This document shows, one piece after another, positions 56,246-64,000 of a stretch of DNA of 64,000 nt. Position 1 is the stretch's first letter; every line of letters begins with the position of its first letter. A program made the position numbers and the translations under genes. This DNA is from Patescibacteria group bacterium (lineage in GTDB: Bacteria > Patescibacteriota > WWE3 > JAUXAW01 > JAYEID01): assembly GCA_034659915.1 (NCBI GenBank), contig JAYEID010000002.1:2089-66088 (forward strand), given 5' to 3'. The notes under the pieces were generated by a model. That model was not told the origin of the DNA and searched no databases. It saw only the letters and a list, made by a program, of their open reading frames with translations.

Positions 56246-56770
56246 TTGAGATGTAGAGTACAAGAGGGGGTAATAGCGGTGAATGATGAATGGGTGGGTC
56301 GGGTAATAGGGTGTTTGGAAGATTGGGATTTTGAGTCTGCTTTGAAAGAGGCAGAGGAAGCTTTGGAGGTTGCAGATACTCCTGAGAAGAGAGGTGAGGT
56401 TTACTTGTTAATTTCAGCTGTGGCTGAGCACACAGGGGATCGAGGTAAAAGGGGAGAAGCCCTATTTAAGGCTCTAGAGATATTTAGATCCTTAGGTGAT
56501 AGAGCTAAGGAGATTCAAGTCTTGGCTCTTATTGCTGATGCTCATTTAGAAAGGGAAGCAGAGTCAGCAGTTGATGATGCGCTCAATTGCTATAGTGAGG
56601 CATTAAAAATTGCTTTGCACGATAAAGCGCTATATCGACAGCTGTTGCCTCGCATTTTGAGTGGTGTGGGCAGTGCTCTTGTAGTTAGGGATTCGGAGTT
56701 GTCGAGAGAATTTTTCAAGCTTAGTTCCCGGCTTGAAGAAAAGTACAAGGAGGAGCTAGAGAGTGACTAA
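56246..56770 (+). CDS. hypothetical all-alpha protein (174 aa), GC-richer than locus
   Basis: ORF with helical, repeat-like composition (TPR-like?). No firm motif. Confidence 0.35.
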   Translation: MRCRVQEGVIAVNDEWVGRVIGCLEDWDFESALKEAEEALEVADTPEKRGEVYLLISAVAEHTGDRGKRGEALFKALEIFRSLGDRAKEIQVLALIADAHLEREAESAVDDALNCYSEALKIALHDKALYRQLLPRILSGVGSALVVRDSELSREFFKLSSRLEEKYKEELESD

Positions 56771-57029
56771 GGCAGATCTACAGCGAGTGGTTTTTGGTTT
56801 TGTCATAATTTTCTTGTTGGGGATACATATAGTGATTGCAATGTTTATACCCTTGCCGGAAAGGTTTCCAATACTGGTGTACGCGATTCTTGCAATCTTG
56901 GCTGTTATCTGTGTAGGCTTGCTGATAATTGCATATGCGGCATTAGTAAGAAGGGAGTGGGGAACGGGATGCGGTGCTGTCGGTTTCTACTTGATTATAA
57001 TGTTGCTGGCATTAAGGCAGTATATATAG
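56763..57029 (+). CDS. small hypothetical membrane protein (88 aa, 3 TM)
   Basis: Overlaps the upstream ORF by 8 bp and is followed by a strong intrinsic terminator. Confidence 0.35.
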   Translation: MTKADLQRVVFGFVIIFLLGIHIVIAMFIPLPERFPILVYAILAILAVICVGLLIIAYAALVRREWGTGCGAVGFYLIIMLLALRQYI

Positions 57030-57042
57030 TTTTCAACATGAG

Positions 57043-57091
57043 CAGGGAAGCTCGAAGGAGTATCCCTGCTTTTTTTTTTTTTTTTTTTTTT
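57043..57091 (+). terminator. rho-independent terminator: hairpin CAGGGAAGCTCGAAGGAGTATCCCTG followed by ~22-nt T tract
   Basis: Six-bp GC-containing stem followed directly by t(22). On the opposite strand the A-tract lies just 3' of the ABC ATPase gene, so it may act bidirectionally. Confidence 0.7.
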
Positions 57092-57111
57092 GGAAGGCGA
57101 AGAACTGGGTT

Positions 57112-58086
57112 TTAATAGTTATTAAAAATCTTTCTAATAATTTCTTCTAGGTGTGGTTCATCAATAGACAAATCGTCTACAGGAAATTCAGAAAGTAGTT
57201 TTGCTGCTCTTTCCGTTGCTTCTTTTCTGGGAACTTGAATAATTGCTTTATGTGGTGTGAATTCAGTTACTTTACCTATTTTCTCGAGGTCTTTTTCTTT
57301 TACATCATTTCCAAAGATCACAACTAATATTTTGTAAGTGGCGTGATCAGTAATTAGTTTTTTAACGGGTCCATCGAAGGCAAGAGCGCCTTTGTTTATC
57401 ATAATTACCCTCTCGCATAGGCTTCTGACATCTTCCATGTAGTGGCTGGTGAGAATAATTGTTGCTTTGTATCTTTTGTTATATTCCTGAATAAAATCGC
57501 GAATTTTCTTTTGCATTACTACGTCCAAACCAATTGTTGGCTCGTCAAGAAAGAGAACTTTTGGTTGGTGGAGGAGTGAGGCGATCAGCTCGCACTTCAT
57601 TCTTTGTCCCAGGGAAAGCTTTCGAACTTGCACGTCTAAAATCTCTCCAATATCTAAAAGTTCAACAAGTTCATTCAGAGTTTCTCTATATTGTTTTTCC
57701 GGAACCTCGTAGATTTCTTTATTCAGCCGAAAAGTTTCCTGGGCCGGCAGATCCCACCAGAGTTGGTTTTTTTGTCCCATGACCAGAGAAATTTGTTTTT
57801 TAAACTCGTTTTTCCGGTCTTTTGGTTCGTAGTCTAGAACGGTCACTTCGCCTGCGGTAGGGTAGAGGAGCCCAGAAAGACATTTTAAGGTTGTTGTTTT
57901 CCCTGCGCCATTAGGACCGATAAAACCAACCAGTTCCCCCTCGTCAATTGAAAAATTGATCCCGTCCACCGCTTTTACGTTTACGTACTTTCGTTTAATT
58001 AAAGATTTTAGGGAACCCTTTAGTCCGGGTTCTTTATGAAAAACTCTGTAATATTTTTTTAAATTTTTAACTGCAATTGCCGCCAT
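57112..58086 (-). CDS. ABC transporter ATP-binding protein (ABC-2 exporter type)
   Basis: Walker A GPNGAGKTTT, signature LSLGQRMKCEL, Walker B VLFLDEPTIGLD, H-loop SHYMED. Confidence 0.9.
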   Translation of the reverse strand: MAAIAVKNLKKYYRVFHKEPGLKGSLKSLIKRKYVNVKAVDGINFSIDEGELVGFIGPNGAGKTTTLKCLSGLLYPTAGEVTVLDYEPKDRKNEFKKQISLVMGQKNQLWWDLPAQETFRLNKEIYEVPEKQYRETLNELVELLDIGEILDVQVRKLSLGQRMKCELIASLLHQPKVLFLDEPTIGLDVVMQKKIRDFIQEYNKRYKATIILTSHYMEDVRSLCERVIMINKGALAFDGPVKKLITDHATYKILVVIFGNDVKEKDLEKIGKVTEFTPHKAIIQVPRKEATERAAKLLSEFPVDDLSIDEPHLEEIIRKIFNNY

Positions 58087-58152
58087 TGGGTGAATTGTAG
58101 CATAGTCCTATTTAGTAAACCCTTTTCTTATTATGACTATTGTTACAATAAT

Positions 58153-58180
58153 ATCTAGAGGCTGCCTCTAGATAAGGTTG
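58153..58180. repeat. family-E 28-bp palindromic element (ATCTAGAGGCTGCCTCTAGATAAGGTTG), 3'-flank of RAYT-2
   Basis: TCTAGAGGC/GCCTCTAGA is a perfect 9-bp inverted repeat. An identical copy at 59012-59041 lies in direct orientation on the other side of the gene. Confidence 0.85.
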
Positions 58181-58183
58181 TTT

Positions 58184-58960
58184 TTACAGTGTGTTCTTGA
58201 ATTGTTCTCGTAAATGCTTTTTGTAAGCCTTTTTTTGAGATCTGAACTTTTGGAACCAACCAAAATCATCATCTAAGGCTACTGTTTCTAGACGTAGAGG
58301 CTCAAATTCGTCGACTTCAGCCATGACAAATTCCAAGTATTCTCTAGGGGACTTAAACAAGCTAGTTACAACTTGGGGGTTAATAAAATTGCCATAATTT
58401 TCTTCTAGGTATGTAGATAAGCTAGACCACGGGTACTCAACTAGTTTATTTTTGCTTTCCAGCCTGAGCTTACGTGGGTTAATGTGTTGATATCGAGTTA
58501 GATGTACCAACTGTTCATTTGATTCTATTAGAACACTTTTGTAAGGTCCTTCAAACAACCGGCCAGTTCTTTCTAGTCTAATATTAAAGTAGTTAGTGTA
58601 TGCAACGCCAATTTTGTGCATGAAAAAAGAAATACCATCTTTTACTCGCTGTTTAAGTGTAATGTGGTAATGATTAGGCATTAAGCAAAAGGAAATTATG
58701 TCTACTGGAGGCTTGATTCGTTTTTGTTCTAAGTGTTTTAGAATTGTCTGTTTGCTGGGCTCTGTTTGTGACTGTTTAAGTCGTTTTAGTAGGGTACTGT
58801 AAGGATAATCGTATTTTAAGTAATGCTTAAGGAGGAAAATAAAACGTTTGTAGTAACTGGGGTCAGGAAATGTTTCGCGCTTTTCTACTCCTCGGTTGTA
58901 TATGTGGTAGATTCTCCCTGTTCTTAAAGGGTTTCTATCCATCGAGTTAATGATACTCAA
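58184..58960 (-). CDS. REP-associated tyrosine transposase (RAYT-2; IS200-like HUH Y1 transposase)
   Basis: GRIYHIYNRGVEKRETF, HUH motif MPNHYHITL, C-terminal RYQHINPRKLRL...EYPWSS. About 35-40% identical to RAYT-1 by eye. Confidence 0.8.
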   Translation of the reverse strand: MSIINSMDRNPLRTGRIYHIYNRGVEKRETFPDPSYYKRFIFLLKHYLKYDYPYSTLLKRLKQSQTEPSKQTILKHLEQKRIKPPVDIISFCLMPNHYHITLKQRVKDGISFFMHKIGVAYTNYFNIRLERTGRLFEGPYKSVLIESNEQLVHLTRYQHINPRKLRLESKNKLVEYPWSSLSTYLEENYGNFINPQVVTSLFKSPREYLEFVMAEVDEFEPLRLETVALDDDFGWFQKFRSQKKAYKKHLREQFKNTL

Positions 58961-59011
58961 TCTTTTATCTTTTGTAAAGCTTTTAATTGTTTTTTTGTTG
59001 TTGGTGAAGGG

Positions 59012-59041
59012 ATATCTAGAGGCTGCCTCTAGATAAGGTTG
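59012..59041. repeat. family-E palindromic element, 5'-flank of RAYT-2
   Basis: gatatctagaggctgcctctagataaggttg. Confidence 0.85.
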
Positions 59042-59090
59042 CCCTTATAAGTAGTTTATTCAGGGTGGTGTTTTGGAAGTGTTTAGGTGG

Positions 59091-59879
59091 TTAGGAGGAG
59101 GCGGAGTTGTAGTGGCGGAGGGCAAAATGCCAGAAGCGGTTGGATAGGTAAAGGAGAATGAGGGCGGCGGTGGGGAGCCAGAAAGTTTCAAAAAGGCCGG
59201 CTTTGTTCAAGAGCACTTTTGTTGGTACGGCGGCTAGGATAAGTAGAGGTATGATAAGGGTGAAAAAAAGCATTGCCGATCTACTGAAGATTTCGGGTGG
59301 GTAGCGGGAGAAGCCGTAGAGGCTGATAAAAACTTCGTGGATTTCTCTGAGTTGAGGAAACCAGATGGCTGGCGTAACGCTAATGAACCATAGTGCATAG
59401 CACAAAATTACACTGCAGAAAATGAAAGATGCGTAGGTGAAAATGATTGGTATTGAGGGGGAAAGGTTAAGATTGCCAAGGCTATATATTATGATAAATA
59501 GGCCACTTACTAGAGGGGTTACGGTGAATAATCGAATTTCACGGGTTGAGACATAGAATTGGGATGATACGGGGAATAAGAGTGAAAAATCAAGGGTACC
59601 TTTTCGGACGTGTTGGACAACCCCGTGCATATTTTTGATGAAGGGGCCGAAGTACAATCCGCGGATAATATTAGCTGTTCCATATAGAAGCAGAATTTCC
59701 TGGTAATCCCACCCGCCTAGGGAAGTAATTTGCCCGAAAATGATGTGTAACCCGAGAACTCCAATAGTTACGTTAATCAGTTCCGCGATAGTGTGGGAGA
59801 TGAAGTTCACCCTAAACATAGATTCTTTGATAAAGGCATTTTTTATAAATTGTAAGTAGAGTTTTATGTATCTTTTCAT
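59091..59879 (-). CDS. ABC-2 family transporter permease
   Basis: Six TM helices. Adjacent to the ABC ATPase (with RAYT-2 inserted between them), the typical ABC-2 polysaccharide exporter layout. Confidence 0.55.
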   Translation of the reverse strand: MKRYIKLYLQFIKNAFIKESMFRVNFISHTIAELINVTIGVLGLHIIFGQITSLGGWDYQEILLLYGTANIIRGLYFGPFIKNMHGVVQHVRKGTLDFSLLFPVSSQFYVSTREIRLFTVTPLVSGLFIIIYSLGNLNLSPSIPIIFTYASFIFCSVILCYALWFISVTPAIWFPQLREIHEVFISLYGFSRYPPEIFSRSAMLFFTLIIPLLILAAVPTKVLLNKAGLFETFWLPTAALILLYLSNRFWHFALRHYNSASS

Positions 59880-59939
59880 GATTTTTTGATCGAAACCTTT
59901 AGGGATTGCTTCGCAAACCCTAAAGGATTCTCTGGTTTG

Positions 59940-60737
59940 CTAACTTCCGTAGGCTTCGTGGCGACGGATTCCAAAGTGCCAGATGATTTTTAAGATAATA
60001 TAGAAAGACAGTACCCAAAGTGCTTGAACAAAGAGACCCACGCCAATTTCTAGCATAGTAAGTTTTCCTAAATAGACGTCAATTGGGAAGGCATAAAGAT
60101 AACGAAATGGTAGTGCGTTGAGGACCTTTTGCCAGGAAGTGGGGAAGGCAGAGAGTGGAAGAAGGGCGCCGCCAACAAATTTGGAAATTGAGCCAATAAG
60201 ATAGAACAAACCACTGATTTCTGTTGTCCAAAAACCGGAAAGACCAATTATTGATGTGTAGAAAAGATTTAAAAAAAGAGTTAGGGGAAGGACAAGGAGA
60301 AAAATCAAAGCCAGGTGTTGAAGGGAATTTGGTGGCAGGAGATAATTTTTGTAAATCCAAGCGAGCCCGATAAATACTGGTAGGCTGAGAATTGTATCAG
60401 CAATAAGGCGGGAGCCAAAAGCTTTTAAAAAACGAAAATGCAGGTAATGGAAGGGGAGAAGAAGGTAGTTGTTAATCTCCCCCGTCCCGATGTCGTGACT
60501 TATTCTCCAATGGATTGATAAGCTGGTTCTGTTCAAAAGAAATGAGAGAAAGCTGTAGGTAACCATTTCTTGTAAGGTATAGTTGCTAATCTGTTGGTTT
60601 GCATTGTAAACTGCCTGCCAGATAAGGATGGTTGTAACCAATGAAATTGCGGAAAGAGTTAACCTGAAGATTACTTTTGAGCGGGAAATTAACGTTTGTT
60701 CTATTGCAGTTTTTATTATTGCTTTTTCTTTTTTCAT
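59940..60737 (-). CDS. ABC-2 family transporter permease (second subunit)
   Basis: Six TM helices; paralogous topology to 59091..59879. Confidence 0.55.
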   Translation of the reverse strand: MKKEKAIIKTAIEQTLISRSKVIFRLTLSAISLVTTILIWQAVYNANQQISNYTLQEMVTYSFLSFLLNRTSLSIHWRISHDIGTGEINNYLLLPFHYLHFRFLKAFGSRLIADTILSLPVFIGLAWIYKNYLLPPNSLQHLALIFLLVLPLTLFLNLFYTSIIGLSGFWTTEISGLFYLIGSISKFVGGALLPLSAFPTSWQKVLNALPFRYLYAFPIDVYLGKLTMLEIGVGLFVQALWVLSFYIILKIIWHFGIRRHEAYGS

Positions 60738-60901
60738 TGTTCTCTAGTTGTATTTAGTTCGCGGGTTAAATAACTCATCCGCCAATTCCTCAACCTTGCA
60801 GGTTCCAAAAACCTCCAAGGTTTTTCCTTGGCGGTTCTTTGCTTTAGATTTTTCAGATCTCATTTAGTTTATCATAAAGGCTGTTTCATGCTATCATTTC
60901 C

Positions 60902-62209
60902 TTGATGAAAATTTGTTATGTTTTAAATTCGGGAGACCCCGGTGGGGTGGAACAACACGTTTTGGACCTGACGCGGGGAATGGTTGAACGTGGGCACGAG
61001 GTTTATGTGGTTTGTCCTTGGGGAAAGATGGTTAATAAATATTTTGAAATTGGAGCCCAAGTGCGGATAGATAAGCCCCAACTTGATGTTGACCCCTTTT
61101 ATATTTCACGGTTGGCCCGGTTTATTAATAAGATTCAACCGGATATTTTACATGTGCATATGTTGAAGACAACGGTGAACGGGTTGATTGCGTCTAAGGT
61201 TTTTAGATTGTCTTCTCGTATTTTGGGACAGCCCGGTTCCCCAACTTCCGCAGGAGAAGCCCCTGGGGCTGAGAAATGCGGTGCCCCTTCCTTGCCGGCT
61301 TCTTCATTGCCCTATACAGTTGCGCATATCCATACACCTCTTCCTGAGTGGCAAATTCCCGGGTGGAAGAAGAAGTTAAATATTTTTGTAAATAGGATAA
61401 TTTCTAATTGGGCGGCAGATGTGGTTATTGCTCTTACCGAATCTCGGAAAAGGGTTAAGATTGAAGGGGAGGGGATAGATCCAAAAAAGATACGCGTGAT
61501 ACCAAACGGAGTGGACACAAAAAATATCAAATTACAAATTTCAAATGACAAAGCAGATTACAGAAAGAAGTTGGGAATAAGGGAGGATGCTATTTTGGTA
61601 GGGACGCTATCTCGGCTGACAGTAGAGAAGGGAATAAGTTATTTAATTGAGGCAGTTCCTAAATGGCCAACATACAAAATACAAGATACTAAATGCGAAA
61701 TACTAATTGGGGGGTCGGGGGAGTTGAGAGAGGAATTGGAGGACAGGGCGCGGGAGTTGGGATTACAAGTTTGTGTAGAAGAAAAGTCCGCTGCAGAAGA
61801 AGCCCCAGGGGCTGAAGAATGCGGCGGTTCAGGTACAACGGTTCGGTTTCTTGGTTTTGTGCCCGAAGATGAGAAGTGGGATTATCTTGCTGCTTTGGAT
61901 ATTTTTGTTTTTCCTTCCCTTGCCGAGGGTTTTGGAATTTCTCTTATTGAGGCAATGGTAACTGGGTGTGCTTGTCTGGCTTCTGATTTGGAAGTTCTTC
62001 AGGAAGTAGGCGGGGAGACAGTTGAATTTTTTAGAGCTGGTGATCCGCAGAATTTAGCAAAGAGGCTGGCTGTTTTAATTAAGGACAAGGAGAAAAGGCA
62101 AAGTCTTGGGGATCGTGCTCAAAAGAGGGTGGAAAAAAAATATTCCCTGGAGTTGGTTTTGGATAATTACGAAAATCTTTATAAAGAGTTACGTTTAAAT
62201 TTTTCTTAA
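60902..62209 (+). CDS. glycosyltransferase family 4 (GT-B) with two short family-A in-frame inserts
   Basis: MKICYVLNSGDPGGVEQHVLDL...; C-terminal FPSLAEGFGISLIEAMVTGCACLASD (E-x7-E). The inserts SAGEAPGAEKCGAPS (61249-61282) and AAEEAPGAEECGGSG (61789-61826) are single-core family-A variants. Confidence 0.8.
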   Translation: MMKICYVLNSGDPGGVEQHVLDLTRGMVERGHEVYVVCPWGKMVNKYFEIGAQVRIDKPQLDVDPFYISRLARFINKIQPDILHVHMLKTTVNGLIASKVFRLSSRILGQPGSPTSAGEAPGAEKCGAPSLPASSLPYTVAHIHTPLPEWQIPGWKKKLNIFVNRIISNWAADVVIALTESRKRVKIEGEGIDPKKIRVIPNGVDTKNIKLQISNDKADYRKKLGIREDAILVGTLSRLTVEKGISYLIEAVPKWPTYKIQDTKCEILIGGSGELREELEDRARELGLQVCVEEKSAAEEAPGAEECGGSGTTVRFLGFVPEDEKWDYLAALDIFVFPSLAEGFGISLIEAMVTGCACLASDLEVLQEVGGETVEFFRAGDPQNLAKRLAVLIKDKEKRQSLGDRAQKRVEKKYSLELVLDNYENLYKELRLNFS

Positions 62210-62210
62210 T

Positions 62211-62942
62211 ATGAATAGCAATGAGATAAGTAGGTTACATGAATTGGAGAAATATTATTGGTGGCACGTTGGCCGAAAAAGAATTTTGGAAACTTTTTTA
62301 AAGAGAATATCTTTACCGAAAGATTCTAAGATTTTAGATGTAGGTTGTGGAACTGGAGAGACAACCAAAATTTTTGAAGATTATGGGAAAGTTTGGGGTG
62401 TTGATGTTTCAGACAAAGCTTTGGAGTTTTGCCGAAAGCAAGGATTGCAAAATCTTAGGCAAAGTGGTGCTCGCCATCTTCCTTTTGAAGACAGATTTTT
62501 TGATGTTGTTGCAATGTTGGATATTTTGGAACATATAGAAGAGGATGAGGAAGCATTGCGGGAAGTTTATCGTGTGCTTAAAGGCCATGGTTATTTACTT
62601 ATAACAGTTCCAGCTTGGCAGTTTTTGTGGAGTGACCACGATGAGGCGTTAGAGCACAAACGCCGGTATATACATTTTGAGTTACGCAGCAAGTTAGAAA
62701 AAGCTGACTTTAAGATTCAAAGGTTAAGTTATGCAATTATGTTTTTATCCTTTCCAATAGTTTTCTGGCGCTTGTTTCAAAAAATTTTTGTGCAAAGTTC
62801 GTATCCTAAGACTTCTTATGTTGTTCTTCCTCCTTGGCTAAATACTTTTTTTATTTTTTTACTTAGGCTAGAAGCAAGATTGTTAAAATATATCAACTTG
62901 CCATTTGGAATTTCTTTGGTATGTTTAGTCCGTAAGAAGTGA
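62211..62942 (+). CDS. class I SAM-dependent methyltransferase
   Basis: ILDVGCGTGETT motif I, DVVAMLDILEHI, LKGHGYLLI. Confidence 0.75.
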   Translation: MNSNEISRLHELEKYYWWHVGRKRILETFLKRISLPKDSKILDVGCGTGETTKIFEDYGKVWGVDVSDKALEFCRKQGLQNLRQSGARHLPFEDRFFDVVAMLDILEHIEEDEEALREVYRVLKGHGYLLITVPAWQFLWSDHDEALEHKRRYIHFELRSKLEKADFKIQRLSYAIMFLSFPIVFWRLFQKIFVQSSYPKTSYVVLPPWLNTFFIFLLRLEARLLKYINLPFGISLVCLVRKK

Positions 62943-62997
62943 TTGTAGAGGTTCAAGGACTGTGGTTGCAGAAGGCAAATTACTGGTTATTAATTAC

Positions 62998-64000
62998 AAT
63001 GAGAGTTTTATTTCAATCTCGGATAGATTTATTTGACCGCCGTGGAGGAGATACTGTGCAAATGGAAAGGACTGCACAGGAACTTAATAAACTCAGCGTA
63101 GATGTAGATATTGATTGTTCCCCAAGAAAGAATCTGTCTCAGTATGATTTGGTTCACCTTTTTAATATTGATTGGCCAGCCAATGTTTATCTGTGTGCAA
63201 GAAATGCGAAAAAACAAGGTAAACCTATTGTTCTTTCACCTATCCACCATTCTTTTGAAGAAATAGAACGTTACGAAAGGGAATATCAGTTCGGTCTCCG
63301 GCGCATAGTTAATCTACTTTTTAGAGGGCGAGAACAACGCGAAAAATTTAAAGATTTTTATCGGGCAGTAGTTGATCCAAAGAAAATACCTTCGACGATT
63401 GTCGAATTTAAGAAGGGAGTTATGGAGGAACAGCGGGAGCTTCTGGGAATGGTGCATGCCGTTTTGGTGCAAACAGAAGCAGAGACAGCTGATATTGTGG
63501 AGGATTTTGGTGTGTGTTTTTCGATCGCCGCAGGAGAAGCCCCTGGGGCTTCCAGAGTTCTAGCCCCAGGGGCTAGGGAATGCGGGGGCCGTGTTTACAA
63601 GGTGGTAAATGGTGTGGACCAGCGTTTTGCAAACGCTATGCCCGATTGGTTTATAGAGAACTACGGGTGGGAGGATTTTGTGGTTTGCGTGGGCAGGGTT
63701 GAACCTCGTAAAAACCAGTTAGCAGTAATTGCTGCCGGTTTCCGTTTGCGGGAGAGGCAAGTCCCGTCCTTTTCGCAAGGACGGGACTTTCAAACTCCCC
63801 AACTCCTCTTTGTTGGGAAGATTTCCTGGCGTCATCCGGAATATGCCTTGCGTTTTAAGAACTTGGTTAGAAAATATAATTGGATTAAACACATTGAAAG
63901 TATCCCTTATAAAAAGATGGGTTCGGTTTATGCAGCAGCAAACACCCACGTTTCTGCTAGTTGGTTTGAAACTACTGGTTTGGTAAGCTTAGAAGCAGGG
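62998..64000 (+). CDS. glycosyltransferase family 4 (GT-B), 3' end beyond window; carries family-A and family-C in-frame inserts
   Basis: Open frame from ATG 62998 with no stop before the window end, which is why it is absent from the ORF track. VVCVGRVEPRKNQ and ...ETTGLVSLEAG (E-x7-E region). Inserts AAGEAPGASRVLAPGARECGG (63527-63586) and RQVPSFSQGRDFQT (63758-63791). Confidence 0.7.
63527..63586. repeat. family-A element in-frame in partial GT4 gene
   Basis: gccgcaggagaagcccctggggcttccagagttctagccccaggggctagggaatgcggggg. Confidence 0.85.
63758..63791. repeat. family-C full hairpin in-frame in partial GT4 gene
   Basis: caagtcccgtccttttcgcaaggacgggactttc. Confidence 0.85.

Noticed and set aside
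2982-63586. APGAS/APGAE-rich peptides as a genuine shared protein domain (for example collagen-like or PGRS-like)
   Set aside because: The underlying DNA is an inverted-repeat palindrome. It occurs in both orientations, in unrelated host proteins, and is translated in different frames (GEAPGAS versus FPSPRGF), and similar elements occur intergenically. This points to a mobile DNA element, not a protein domain.

Overview
AT-rich bacterial contig with no rRNA or tRNA found, so taxonomic placement is speculative. Standalone GIY-YIG genes and a degraded four-helix-bundle ('23S IVS') gene hint at an uncultivated or candidate-phylum lineage. The window is dominated by one very large glycoconjugate-assembly locus:
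- at least 8 multi-pass GT-C-like (PMT/ArnT/GT39-like) membrane proteins, several as tandem or dispersed paralogs
- about 10 GT-A (GT2) and GT-B (GT4) glycosyltransferases
- two polyprenol-phosphate sugar transferases (Dpm1-like and GtrB/ArnC-like), two Wzx-like flippases and a UPF0104 flippase-like protein
- UDP-xylose synthase, a B12/radical-SAM-like enzyme, a sulfotransferase and three SAM-dependent methyltransferases
- CapA/CapK-like genes and an ABC-2 exporter (ATPase plus two permeases)

Many of these genes overlap by 1-8 bp in long co-directional runs.

Superimposed on this is a dense population of short GC-rich palindromic (REP-like) repeat families. They occur intergenically and, unusually, in-frame inside many protein-coding genes on both strands, where they add Ala/Gly/Pro-rich or Lys/Asp/Gly-rich peptide inserts. 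Two REP-associated tyrosine transposase (RAYT, IS200-like HUH Y1) genes are present. Each is flanked by its own palindromic element: one by inverted half-sites of the dispersed 'AAGGACGGGTCTT' hairpin family, the other by direct copies of a 28-bp palindrome.

A small accessory islet at 24.6-28.6 kb carries a GIY-YIG nuclease gene followed by a synonymously recoded duplicate of the upstream gene's 3' end, an AbiEi/AbiEii-like toxin-antitoxin pair, and a secreted protein, all flanked by strand-skewed GGAATAA-type repeats. A second GIY-YIG gene sits inside a tandem array of ~100-bp repeats at 41.0-41.8 kb.

All functional calls are motif-based readings of the supplied translations. No database search was possible.
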